DNA from: an uncultured Verrucomicrobiota bacterium
GTDB lineage: Bacteria; Verrucomicrobiota; Kiritimatiellia; CAIVKH01
Direction of reading: 5' to 3'
Assembly (NCBI GenBank): GCA_937996795.1
Contig: CALKUH010000029.1
Location: 6,366-70,365 of the forward strand
Length of the DNA stretch: 64,000 nt
In this document: one piece after another, positions 47,360-56,754 of the stretch
How the letters are laid out: each line of letters starts with the position of its first letter
Numbering within the stretch: the stretch's first letter is position 1
Notes under the pieces: generated by a model
What the model saw: only the letters and a program-made list of their open reading frames with translations
What the model was told of the DNA's origin: nothing
Database searches by the model: none
Position numbers and translations under genes: made by a program

Positions 47360-48937
47360 CTAATAGACTGACTGCGCCGAGGTTTGGGCGCCGAATGCGC
47401 CGGTCATTCCAAAACGAAGCGGGGACATGTCGTTCACGGGATGCAGATGGACTTCGATTTGCTTCCGGGCAAAGTGCGTGAGCGCCTCCCCAAGTGCCGG
47501 CGTCTCCGGCTCACGGAGAAAGATGATCGCCTGTTCGCGCTCGGGATCGATTTTGCGAAGGACATCCTCCAGCGCATCTCCGACCAGCGGGATGCCTGCG
47601 TGCCCTGGAAGGCGTGTCAGGCTGAGGTTCTGTTGCAGCGAGGCCTTAAGGTTCACGGCGTAGGAGCCAACGTGAAGGGGTGTGTTCGTCAATAGCGCGA
47701 TATGCTCAATCGTTACGCCGCCGGTTTGCGCGCGCAATTCACGGATCAGCGGGATCATCCGCGACTTGGCCTCCTCGACCGGAATCGTGTAGAGCTGATC
47801 GGCGGAAAACTCGAGGTAAACCGGCTTTTTCCGGGTGCGTCCGGTCCACGCTTCTTCCGCGAACCCGTCCCATGCCGGTTTGGATTCGCCCTTCGGGTCG
47901 AACAACGCAAAGGCCTTCCACATGCCCTCGCCACACCACTCGGGACTCCAGTAATACACCGAGGCGATGTCGGGATGCGCATCGCAGAAGGCGAGAAAAT
48001 CGGCGATCCATCGTTTCTGTCCGTCCGGTGTCAGTGGATAGCCCGGCACGTCGTACTTCCAGCGCGAGAACTGGCCGGAAAATTCGCGCGTGCTCGGATA
48101 CGCTGTTTCGGGAATCGAAATGGGCCGGTTGATGGCGCGGGCCAGTCGCGTGACGGTTTCACCGAAGAGCGCCATTTCGAGCGAGCCGCCGATGTTGGAG
48201 GAGGGAAAATACGAAAGGCCTGCGTAGTCCACCTGGATGCCTTGTTCAATCATGAAGCGGAAGAACGCAACGCAGAATTCCGTGTCCCACCAGTGCGCGA
48301 TGTGCAGCATAAATTTCGCGTCGGGGTCTGATTCGAGCACGCCGGCCTGGCTTGCGCGGATCAGTTCGGCGGTTCGCGGCCACAGCCGGCGGCTCAGGGC
48401 CTCCGGATTCTTTTTTGCGCCCTTGCGTGGGTACTCACCGCAGATGCCGTAATCAATTTCGTTGCCGATTTCATAGAGATGGTTGCGCAAGCCCTCCTTT
48501 CGGAAGTGCGCCACGATGTCGCGCGAGTAGATGCGAACGGCCTCGACGCGCTGTTCGAAGGTGAGATCCTTCCACGCCGTCGGCACCGGCTGTTTCATCA
48601 TGTCCGCCCAATCCTCGCTGAGGAAGATGACCAGGTAGGGATTCATCCCCGCCGCGAGCGCGCGCCTTGCGACTTCCGTGGCGTAGTGTTTCCCGTTCGG
48701 GCCTTCGTCCTTCGTCCAGAGGCGAACGCGGAAATCCGTCACCCCTTTTTGCGCCATGCCCTTGAAGAGATCTTCCGCACGCCCATCCCAGGTCCACACG
48801 ATGCCGTTCGTTTCCATGCCGAGCGAATAATTGGCATCCACGCCCACGATCAGCGGCGGTTTTTCGGACGGCGCTCCCGCGAACGCCGAAAATACCGCAC
48901 CCACAACGCCCACCGCCCAGCACGTTCGTAACTTCAT
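47360..48937 (-). CDS. secreted glycoside hydrolase, GH53 (endo-beta-1,4-galactanase)-like, with a C-terminal domain of unknown function
   Basis: Signal peptide present. IVGVDANYSLGMETNGIVWTWDGRAEDLFKGMAQKGVTDFRVRLWT and YEIGNEIDYG resemble the GH53 (beta/alpha)8 layout. The last roughly 170 aa are unassigned. Confidence 0.45.
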   Translation of the reverse strand: MKLRTCWAVGVVGAVFSAFAGAPSEKPPLIVGVDANYSLGMETNGIVWTWDGRAEDLFKGMAQKGVTDFRVRLWTKDEGPNGKHYATEVARRALAAGMNPYLVIFLSEDWADMMKQPVPTAWKDLTFEQRVEAVRIYSRDIVAHFRKEGLRNHLYEIGNEIDYGICGEYPRKGAKKNPEALSRRLWPRTAELIRASQAGVLESDPDAKFMLHIAHWWDTEFCVAFFRFMIEQGIQVDYAGLSYFPSSNIGGSLEMALFGETVTRLARAINRPISIPETAYPSTREFSGQFSRWKYDVPGYPLTPDGQKRWIADFLAFCDAHPDIASVYYWSPEWCGEGMWKAFALFDPKGESKPAWDGFAEEAWTGRTRKKPVYLEFSADQLYTIPVEEAKSRMIPLIRELRAQTGGVTIEHIALLTNTPLHVGSYAVNLKASLQQNLSLTRLPGHAGIPLVGDALEDVLRKIDPEREQAIIFLREPETPALGEALTHFARKQIEVHLHPVNDMSPLRFGMTGAFGAQTSAQSVY

Positions 48938-49141
48938 GGATACCTCCCCGGTCCACGCGCGACGCAATATCATGAGAATAGAGTTAGCCGCCGGGACCCG
49001 GGGAATCCAATCAGTTTTTTGTTAGGCGCGGTGGTCGGGGGGACCACCCGCTTGTCAGGCGGCCCCGCGCGTTTTGCCGGATGTCCGCGTGTTGCCGCGG
49101 CCTTTGGCGGGCGGGGATTTCCGCGTGGTCGTTTTATACGC

Positions 49142-50242
49142 TCACCCGCGCGGGAAGGCGAAGGACTGGTAGGCCTGTTCGGCGGTGTTGAACCACTTGA
49201 AGCTTTCGGCGCGGAAGGCTTTCCAGTGGGTGTAGACTTTCGCGTAGGCCGGGTCTTTGCCGGCGCGTTCTTCCATCAACGCGAAGGCCAGCTTCTCGGC
49301 CTCGGCCATGACGTCGTCGGGGAAGCGGCGCAGCTGGGTGCCCTGCGCGATCAGCCGCGTGAGGGCGGCGGGGTTGAGCTGGTCATAGGTCGTCATCATC
49401 AGCTGGCCCGATTCGGCGGCGGCGGCGCGGAAGGCGGCCTGATACGACGAAGGCAGCGCGTCCCATGCGCGGCGGTTGAGGTAGTAGCCGATGCTCGCGC
49501 CGGGTTCCCACCAGCCGGGGTAGTAGTAGTACTTCGCGATCTTGTGCAGGCCGAGTTTCTCGTCGTCCGCCGGGCCGACCCATTCCGTGGCGTCGATCGC
49601 ACCGCGCTCCAGCGCCATGTAGATGTCCGACCCGGCGAGCACCTGCACGGTGACGCCGAGCTTGCTCATGATTTCGCCGCCGAGCCCGGGAATGCGCATC
49701 TTGAGCCCGCGCAGGCTCTGCAGGTTCGGGATCTCGCGCCGGAACCAGCCGCCCATTTGCGCGCCGGTGCCGCCGCCGTAGATCGGGACGATGTTGAAGT
49801 CGGCAAGCACTTCGCCGATCAACTCGAGGCCGCCCGCGCGCGTGAGCCACGCGGCCTGCTGGCGCGCGGTGAGGCCGAAGGGCACGGTGGTTTCAAACGC
49901 GAGCGCGGGGTGTTTGCCGGTGTAGTAGTAGCCCGCGGTCTGGCCGACCTGCACGGTGCCCTGCTGCACGGCGTCCATGACCTGCAGGCCCGGCACGAGC
50001 TCGCCCGCGGGGTAGGGGCGCATCGTGAAGCGGCCGTCGGTCAGCTCCGCCACGCGTTTCGCCAGGAACTCGCCCGCGCCAAAGAGCGTGTCGAGGCTGC
50101 GCGGGAAACTCGACGCGAGCCGCCAGTCGACCCGCGGCTGCGTGATCACCGCCGGGGCGGTCGATTCGCTCCGGCACCCCATCAGGAGTCCGCCCGTCAC
50201 CGCCGCCGGAATGGCCTTTTGTAAAAACGCGCGTCGCTTCAT
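49142..50242 (-). CDS. dctP: TRAP transporter substrate-binding protein (DctP family), Tat-type signal and lipobox
   Basis: MKRRAFLQKAIPAAVTGGLLMGC contains a twin-Arg motif and a lipobox. WRLASSFPRSLDTLFGAGEFLAKRVAELTDGRF is typical of DctP. Only the last 366 codons of the 963-aa track ORF are real. Confidence 0.85.
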   Translation of the reverse strand: MKRRAFLQKAIPAAVTGGLLMGCRSESTAPAVITQPRVDWRLASSFPRSLDTLFGAGEFLAKRVAELTDGRFTMRPYPAGELVPGLQVMDAVQQGTVQVGQTAGYYYTGKHPALAFETTVPFGLTARQQAAWLTRAGGLELIGEVLADFNIVPIYGGGTGAQMGGWFRREIPNLQSLRGLKMRIPGLGGEIMSKLGVTVQVLAGSDIYMALERGAIDATEWVGPADDEKLGLHKIAKYYYYPGWWEPGASIGYYLNRRAWDALPSSYQAAFRAAAAESGQLMMTTYDQLNPAALTRLIAQGTQLRRFPDDVMAEAEKLAFALMEERAGKDPAYAKVYTHWKAFRAESFKWFNTAEQAYQSFAFPRG

Positions 50243-50254
50243 ACTGTCGCCTCC

Positions 50255-52042
50255 ATGGGTGTGCGGCGTGAAAAATGGGTGCGGGTGCGATGGCTGGCAA
50301 GGCCGAAATGGCTGGTGTGTGCGCTGGCGCTGCTCGCGTCGGCGGGCGGCGCGGTCGCCGATGTGGGCTATGAGGTCCGGTTCCGCGACGTGCCCGGGTG
50401 GCGGATGCGCGACACGCTCCGGCAGCACAGCGAAACCTACGCGCTGCGCGCGCACGCCCCGCCCAGCGACACGCTGCTGCTGCGCCGCGCGGAACTCGAC
50501 CTGCCCGCGCTGCGCGATGTGCTGCGCGCCGCCGGCTACATGGGCGCGGCGCCCGCGGTGCACCTGGTGACGTCCACGCCGCGCCGCGTGGTGTTCCGCC
50601 TGAATCCCGGCCCGCGCTACCGCCTCGGCGAGGTCCGCCTCCACGCGGGCCCGCTGCCCGTTCCCGACGCGCGACGCCTGGGCTGGGAACCGGGCATGCC
50701 CGCGCGGAGCGATGCCCTGCTCGCGGCGGAACAGGAATGGCTCGCGCAGGTGCGGGCCCGCGGCCATCCGTCGCCGCGTTTCGCGAAACGCGCCTATCGG
50801 CCCGACCACGAACGCCGCCTCGTGCACGTCGACCTGGAATTGGACCCCGGCCCCGCCGCCGTATGGGGCGACATCTCCATCACGGGACTCGTCCGCGTGG
50901 AGGAACGGTTCGTCCGCAACGAACTGTCGCTGCCGCCGGGCGCGCCCTACAGCCCGGAGCAGCTGGACGAAACACGCGCGCGCCTGATCCAGCTGTCGCT
51001 GTTCTCCTCCGTCGGCCTCTCGGTGGCGGAGACGCCGGACGAAGCCGGTCGCCTGCCGGTCGAGCTGTCGTTGCGCGAGCGGCGTCCGCGCACGGTCTCC
51101 GCCGGCGTGCGTTACACGACGGATGAAGGCGCCGGCGCGCGCGCGGAATGGGAGCATCGCAACCTCGCGGGCCGCGCCGAGCGGATCCGCTTCACCGCCG
51201 ACGTCGGCGAGTCGGCGAATGCCCTCGAAGCGCGGGTCACGCTCCCGCAGTTCGGCGGGCCGCGCCAGCGCCTGCTGCTCAGCACACGCGCCGCGGAGGA
51301 ATCGCCCGAGGCCTACGACAGCCGGAGCGTTCGCGCGGCGGCGCAACTGGAGCGCGAGTGGCGGCAGCGCTTTTGGGCGCGCGGGGGCGTCGCCTTCCGG
51401 CTCAGCGACGTCGACCAGCTCGACGCCGAAGACAACTTTGTCTTTCTGTCGTTCCCGCTGGAGGCCGACTGGAATACCAGCCGCTCGAGGCTCGACCCGC
51501 GCGGCGGCTTCCGCCTCCTCACGCGCGTGGAGCCGTTCTATGACCTCGAGCAACAGGATCGCGGCTTCGTCAAATCCGGCGCGACGCTGAACCGCTACCA
51601 ACGCCTGAACCGCGAGCGCACCTGGCTGCTCGCGGGCCGCGTGACGGCGGGCGCGATCAGCGGCGCAGGTTCGGGTTCGATCCCGGCGGACGAACGGTTC
51701 TACGCCGGCGGCGGCAGCTCCGTCCGCGGCTACGCCTACCAGACGGTCGGTCCGCTCAAGGAGGGCGAACCCGTCGGCGGGCGCTCCCTGCTGGAGACCT
51801 CGGCGGAACTGCGCGGACAGGTCTCGGAATCGCTGGGCGTCGTGGCCTTCGTGGATGGCGGCACCGCCTACGAGGCGAACACGCCGGATTTCGACGAGCC
51901 GTTCCGCTGGGGCGCCGGCGTCGGGCTGCGCTATTTCACCGCCGTCGGCCCGCTCCGCGCCGACATCGCGTTCCCGCTCGATCGCCGACCCGACGTGGAC
52001 AAGCATTACCAGTTCTACCTGAGCCTCGGGCAATCCTTCTGA
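50255..52042 (+). CDS. tamA: BamA/TamA-family outer-membrane protein assembly factor
   Basis: POTRA-like N-terminal repeats precede an Omp85 barrel with RFYAGGGSSVRGY and a C-terminal ...YQFYLSLGQSF. It is directly followed by tamB. Confidence 0.75.
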   Translation: MGVRREKWVRVRWLARPKWLVCALALLASAGGAVADVGYEVRFRDVPGWRMRDTLRQHSETYALRAHAPPSDTLLLRRAELDLPALRDVLRAAGYMGAAPAVHLVTSTPRRVVFRLNPGPRYRLGEVRLHAGPLPVPDARRLGWEPGMPARSDALLAAEQEWLAQVRARGHPSPRFAKRAYRPDHERRLVHVDLELDPGPAAVWGDISITGLVRVEERFVRNELSLPPGAPYSPEQLDETRARLIQLSLFSSVGLSVAETPDEAGRLPVELSLRERRPRTVSAGVRYTTDEGAGARAEWEHRNLAGRAERIRFTADVGESANALEARVTLPQFGGPRQRLLLSTRAAEESPEAYDSRSVRAAAQLEREWRQRFWARGGVAFRLSDVDQLDAEDNFVFLSFPLEADWNTSRSRLDPRGGFRLLTRVEPFYDLEQQDRGFVKSGATLNRYQRLNRERTWLLAGRVTAGAISGAGSGSIPADERFYAGGGSSVRGYAYQTVGPLKEGEPVGGRSLLETSAELRGQVSESLGVVAFVDGGTAYEANTPDFDEPFRWGAGVGLRYFTAVGPLRADIAFPLDRRPDVDKHYQFYLSLGQSF

Positions 52043-54678
52043 TGAAACGGTTCCTCAAGGTCCTGCTCCTCCTGCTTCCCGTGCTTGCCGCGGCGGCGCT
52101 GTGGCTGCTGCGCAGCGAGTCGGGACAGGCGCAGCTGGAGCGCTGGCTGCGCCCGCGCCTGCCCGGGGAGGTCCGCATCTCCGGGCTGGGCGGCGCGCTT
52201 CCGTTCCGCGGCCATCTGGATGTGATCGAGCTTCGCGACGAGCGCGGGGTGTGGTGCGTCGCGCAGGATGTGCAGTGGACGCTACAGCCGCGCAGCCTCT
52301 TGCGCCGTGAACTTGTCCTGCGCAGCGCTTCGGGCGCGCGCGTGGACCTACTGCGCCTGCCCGCGGGCGACGGGGCGCGCCCGGACGTGACGCCGCGAGC
52401 CGCGTCGCGCTGGTCGTTCTGGGTCCAGTCCGCGCGCGTCGACGATCTGGTGGTGGACGCCTCCATTCTCGGCGAGCGGTTGTCGGTCCAACTGGAGACC
52501 GCGCTGCGCGGCGATGCGCGCGCGTGGACCGCCGCCGCCTCGGCGTCCACCACCTGGCGCGACGAGGCGTTGCTGCTCGTGGGGTCCGCACGCGCCGCCC
52601 CCACCGGGTCCACCTTTGAAATCCGGCGGCTCGCCGGCGATGGATTCGAAGCGCAGGCCCAGGGCGGGTGGGCGCCGGAACGCCGCATCGAAGTGACCGG
52701 CGCCTTCACGAACGCGCCGCTGCTCGCGCGGCTGGCGCGTCTTGAACACAGTGGCGCAGGCCGGTTCAACGGCGCGCTGGTGTGGCGCGGGGATGGACCG
52801 AGCGCGGGGCTGAAGGCGTCGGTCTCGGATGCGCGGGGCTTCGGCATCGAACTCCAACACGGATGGGGGTCCGCCGTGTGGACGCCGAACGGCTGGCAGA
52901 CGACCGTGGTCGAAGCGGACGGCCGCTGGCGCGGCGAACCGTGGCGGCTGGCGCAGCCGGTGGAACTGTCGGCAGGTGCGGGCGGCCTCCGCTGGAACGC
53001 GCCCGCGTTCGCGTGGGCGGGCCTCGCGGCGGAAAGCCGGGGCGTGTGGTCGACGGCGCGTGTCGATGCCGTGGTGCGCCTGCCCGCGGTGGACCTCGGC
53101 GCGTCGCCGGTGTCGAATCGCCTGCGCGCCGGCATCGCGCGCGCCGAACTGCGCGTGTCCGGCACGCCGGATCAGCCGCACTGGCTGCTGGAAGCGGAGG
53201 CGGATGGCGTGGCGCCGCGCGTCGACTCCACGTTCCAATTGAACCCCGCGCAGGTGCGCCTGCGCGCGGAAGCCGTCGACGGCGAGGCGCGCGTCGCCGG
53301 GCGGGTGGAGGGATGGACGCGCGAGCCGATCCGCCTTCAGGCCTCGATGCCGCTCCATGCGCCGCTGGACGGGCGTCCGGTTTCCATCGCGCCCACGGGC
53401 GCCGTCGCGGGCGCGCTGGCCTTTGAGGTGGACCTCGCCCAGGCGGGCCGCTTTGCCGATCTTCGCGGCGCGAGCCTTGAAGGCCGGGTCGCGTGCGACC
53501 TCACGGTCGGCGGGACGTGGTCCTCGCCCGCAGTAAACGGACGCCTCACGCTGGAACGTGGCCGCGCCGAGTTCCCGGATAGCGGCACCGTGTTGCAACA
53601 CATCGAGATCGACCTGCGGGCGGATCGCGATCAGCTCGTGATCGCGCGCGCGGAGGCGGACGATGGCGCGGGCGGTCGCATCGCGCTGGACGGCGCCCTC
53701 CGATTTCTTCCCGCGGAGGGCTTCCCGCTGGAGGCCGGCCTGCGGCTGCATCGCGCCGCCCTGTGGCGGCAGGATGGAACGCAGATGCGGCTCGACGGAC
53801 GCGTGGCCGTGCGCGGTCCCGTCACCCGCCCGGTCGTGACGGGGCGGCTGGATCTGGTGGACGCCGAACTCCGCCTGCGTCCCACGCCGCCCACGCTTCG
53901 CCTCGTGCCCATCGACGACCCCGCGGGCCCGGTGGCCGCCCCCGCGACGACGTCGGCGTGGCTGCAGGCCATCGCGCTCGACGTGGCGGTGCGCGGGCGC
54001 GACATCCGCGTGGCGGGTCGCGGCCTGGACTCCGTGTGGCGCGCGGATCTGCGCGTGGACGGGGTCGCCGCGTCGCCCCGGCTGCGCGGGCCGCTGACCG
54101 TGGAGCGCGGCTATTTCCTCTTCATGGGCCGTCGTTTCACCCTCGACCGCGCCGTGCTTTCCTTCGACGGACGTACCCCGCCGGCGCCGGTGATTGACCT
54201 CGCCGCCTCCGCGCGCGCCGGGGACATGCAGGCGCGCCTCTACGCGGCGGGTCCGATCGACGCGCCCGCGCTGCACCTGGAGTCGGACCCCGCGTATCCG
54301 GCGGATGAGATCCTCGCGCGCCTGCTGTTCGGCCGCTCGACCGATGCCATCAGCCCGTTCCAGGCGGTGCGCCTGGCGCACGGGCTGAACGTCCTGCGCG
54401 GGCGCGGCCGTACGCTGGACGTGCTGGAGCGGGGACAATCGATCCTGCGCGTGGACCAGCTGGAACTCGTGCAGAGCGATGAGGCCGCGGAGATTTCCGC
54501 CATCAGCGTCGGCAAATACGTCGGGCGCAACATCTACGTCGAAGGCGAAAAAGGCCTCGGCGAATCCGCCGACCTCATCACCGTGGAAGTCGAACTCACG
54601 CCCTCCCTCATCCTCACCACCGAATCCAGCCCCCGCATCCGCGAAGGCATCGGCCTCAAATGGCGGCGGGATTATTAG
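52042..54678 (+). CDS. tamB: translocation and assembly module protein TamB (DUF490)
   Basis: An N-terminal anchor helix is followed by a long beta-rich body and a C-terminal DUF490-like segment: PRLRGPLTVERGYFLFMGRRFTLDRAVLSFDG...LESDPAYPADEILARLLFGR. Confidence 0.75.
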   Translation: MKRFLKVLLLLLPVLAAAALWLLRSESGQAQLERWLRPRLPGEVRISGLGGALPFRGHLDVIELRDERGVWCVAQDVQWTLQPRSLLRRELVLRSASGARVDLLRLPAGDGARPDVTPRAASRWSFWVQSARVDDLVVDASILGERLSVQLETALRGDARAWTAAASASTTWRDEALLLVGSARAAPTGSTFEIRRLAGDGFEAQAQGGWAPERRIEVTGAFTNAPLLARLARLEHSGAGRFNGALVWRGDGPSAGLKASVSDARGFGIELQHGWGSAVWTPNGWQTTVVEADGRWRGEPWRLAQPVELSAGAGGLRWNAPAFAWAGLAAESRGVWSTARVDAVVRLPAVDLGASPVSNRLRAGIARAELRVSGTPDQPHWLLEAEADGVAPRVDSTFQLNPAQVRLRAEAVDGEARVAGRVEGWTREPIRLQASMPLHAPLDGRPVSIAPTGAVAGALAFEVDLAQAGRFADLRGASLEGRVACDLTVGGTWSSPAVNGRLTLERGRAEFPDSGTVLQHIEIDLRADRDQLVIARAEADDGAGGRIALDGALRFLPAEGFPLEAGLRLHRAALWRQDGTQMRLDGRVAVRGPVTRPVVTGRLDLVDAELRLRPTPPTLRLVPIDDPAGPVAAPATTSAWLQAIALDVAVRGRDIRVAGRGLDSVWRADLRVDGVAASPRLRGPLTVERGYFLFMGRRFTLDRAVLSFDGRTPPAPVIDLAASARAGDMQARLYAAGPIDAPALHLESDPAYPADEILARLLFGRSTDAISPFQAVRLAHGLNVLRGRGRTLDVLERGQSILRVDQLELVQSDEAAEISAISVGKYVGRNIYVEGEKGLGESADLITVEVELTPSLILTTESSPRIREGIGLKWRRDY

Positions 54679-54686
54679 GGGGAGGA

Positions 54687-54716
54687 TTCACCACGGAGGC
54701 ACGAAGCGCGCGGAGG
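54687..54716. repeat. REP-type element (CACGGAG family), upstream flank of the low-GC cassette
   Basis: TTCACCACGGAGGCACGAAGCGCGCGGAGG. An inverted, longer copy lies at 58321-58366. Confidence 0.55.
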
Positions 54717-55082
54717 GGAGGGTGGTGAAGGAACAACAAGCGCCCTTAAAGCGGCGCCGACGGCGCGGCGCCCTCCAACATAATGCAGCCTGCGCTTGGA
54801 GGGCGGCAGGCCATTGCGCTGAGGTACGCTGGAGAACCCCGTGGCGCGACCCCATCGACAACTCCGGCACCCGCAAACGCCCCATTCCCCGCCGAAATTC
54901 GCATTGCATCGCCCCCGGAATATTCTTCACAGTCGCTCCGCCTAAGCGATGCTTCCTTGCATCTTGTCGTTTAAGATGATAGCAAAAAGCACTTTTACGT
55001 AACTCGATTCAAATCAGGGCGGCCTTTTCAGAACGGCGGGATAGTGGGAAACCGACTAATCACTTGTTCGGCGGAGCAAGCT

Positions 55083-55997
55083 ATGAGCCACATCATAACA
55101 CGCAAGATGATAACCACAAAGAGCGACGTCTTCGGCCGCAAGTGGTGGTATGCCTTTCGCGATCTACCAGAGATAGCCGACGAGGTTAAGGCAAAGCAGT
55201 ACGTCGATTCGCTATTCCAACAGTGCGGCGCAATTACGAAGTCATGGAATGCCGACGTGAACTCCGAATGGATTGTGCGCTGCTACCTCGCCGCACGTCT
55301 GATAATGGCGAGCACCCTATACATCAATAGTTATCGCCACTGCATGACGGTCAATCAACGAGTTCCCGCGACATTTCTTCAGTACTACGCCGTACTATTC
55401 GCCATGCGCGCCAGCGTCCTTACCTCGCCGATGCAATCATGGAGCAACGGCGAACTCGTCGGCATGACGCATAGCAAGGCGATCAACGTCAGTTGCGACA
55501 TTCTCAAATGCATCACATTATCTGACTACGCTGACACAATAAAGGGACAAATAGCCGAAATGAAAGGTAAGCGAGAATTGATATCGTACATCGCCCCGTC
55601 TCGGGGCGATGGAGATATTCTACTTCTCGACGATACTGGACTGATCGCGTTGTGCACGCGCTTTTCCGAGATGGCCCAACTTCAATCCGAGGTGATGGAG
55701 GCTTCTCTACACAAGAAGGCACCCGACAAGTCCACCCTTGTTTTCAAAGATGAATTCTTCAGACAAGCATGCTCGGCTGTGTGCGAGGAATGCGAATATC
55801 TCGATCACGAAGATGCATACCGCCTTGATTATCTGCGTCGAAAGCATCCATTGATGACCAATGTGTGTCACATCATTTCGGAGGGTCACTCGGAAGACTT
55901 CTTTGGTGCCTGGCTGCCAAAAGACGATGACGAAGTGAGGTCGGACGCGGTGTTCGATCCGGATAAGGAATGGGATGTCATATTCGATATTCCATGA
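55083..55997 (+). CDS. orphan 304-aa protein, predicted helical, possible UPF0332/HEPN-like core
   Basis: The ATG at 55083 lies 6 nt after GGAG. The ORF is clean, in about 50% GC DNA. I recognise no family. The segment QYYAVLFAMRASVL...GMTHSKAINV...KRELISY is weakly HEPN/UPF0332-like. Confidence 0.55.
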   Translation: MSHIITRKMITTKSDVFGRKWWYAFRDLPEIADEVKAKQYVDSLFQQCGAITKSWNADVNSEWIVRCYLAARLIMASTLYINSYRHCMTVNQRVPATFLQYYAVLFAMRASVLTSPMQSWSNGELVGMTHSKAINVSCDILKCITLSDYADTIKGQIAEMKGKRELISYIAPSRGDGDILLLDDTGLIALCTRFSEMAQLQSEVMEASLHKKAPDKSTLVFKDEFFRQACSAVCEECEYLDHEDAYRLDYLRRKHPLMTNVCHIISEGHSEDFFGAWLPKDDDEVRSDAVFDPDKEWDVIFDIP

Positions 55998-56079
55998 AGG
56001 AATCGCCTTCACCGTATTCCTCACCCGCGGCGGGTTCGGAATCCGGTGAGGCGTAACGTTAGCAGAGAAGAATGAAAGA

Positions 56080-56754
56080 ATGAAAAAGAGCGACAGCTTC
56101 ATATTGCTCACAGTCGTAGTCGGGGTTATACTCAACTTGGGTGCCGCCCATATCGACCGTCGATTCCCTCCCGTGTCCGCCTATGCGTCCACGCTTCTGG
56201 CGGCCGCGTTACTGCTCTATTTGTGTTATCGGGTTTTTGACGGGCTTCTGCATTATCTCCGCTTTGGCCGTTACGCAGTGCTAATCTTTTTCCTGAACAG
56301 CAAGAACCAACTACTCTTGATTCGCCATCCGTATCACAAATGTTACTTGCCGCCGGGCGGGCGTCTTTCCCAGTGGGAGCTTCCTCACGAAGCTGTTTCC
56401 AGGAAGCTAAAGGAAGAAGTCGGCGTTACGTCTTACGAACTTCATCCCACGTTTCATAATCCTCCTGTGGTGATAAGCGAAAAGGTCGAGGATGTTCCAC
56501 GTCCATACACGGTTCATATGGAGCACCGACGACAGCGGAACCTGATACGATTCCATTATGCCTTTGTATACGTGTGCCGCTTTAAGGGGAACGACGAAAC
56601 GCTTCCGCGTGTCGCGGACTACGAACCGCACTTCTTCGACCTCGAATCCATCTATAACATGCCACGTGGCACGATCCCATATGATGACATTATACGCCGC
56701 TACGAAGACATCCTAATACAGCTCGGAGTTCCACACTATGTCGACAAAGCATAA
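56080..56754 (+). CDS. membrane-anchored Nudix hydrolase (two N-terminal TM helices)
   Basis: The TM helices are ILLTVVVGVILNLGAA and TLLAAALLLYLCY. The Nudix box GGRLSQWELPHEAVSRKLKEEVGV aligns with MutT GGKIEMGETPEQAVVRELQEEVGI, with RK in place of RE. Confidence 0.75.
   Translation: MKKSDSFILLTVVVGVILNLGAAHIDRRFPPVSAYASTLLAAALLLYLCYRVFDGLLHYLRFGRYAVLIFFLNSKNQLLLIRHPYHKCYLPPGGRLSQWELPHEAVSRKLKEEVGVTSYELHPTFHNPPVVISEKVEDVPRPYTVHMEHRRQRNLIRFHYAFVYVCRFKGNDETLPRVADYEPHFFDLESIYNMPRGTIPYDDIIRRYEDILIQLGVPHYVDKA

Noticed and set aside
49020-49050. Hairpin GCGGTGGTC-GGGGG-GACCACCCGC considered as a terminator for dctP
   Set aside because: On the minus-strand transcript the stem would be followed by an A-rich rather than a U-rich tract, and the stem is bulged. 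It was not called.
51673-51684. tRNA T-arm-like GGGTTCGATCCC string
   Set aside because: It lies inside the tamA reading frame (…GSGSIPADE…). No acceptor or anticodon stems can be folded around it.
50243-52033. N-terminal 597 codons of the 963-aa minus-strand ORF 49142..52033
   Set aside because: Only the last 366 codons (from MKRRAFLQ at 50242) form a coherent DctP protein with its own signal peptide. The upstream part is antisense to the well-supported tamA gene.
55707-56135. A 142-aa minus-strand ORF inside the low-GC cassette
   Set aside because: It overlaps the 3' end of gene A and the start of gene B on the opposite strand. The same-strand operon structure of A-D is more parsimonious, and the ORF has no motifs.
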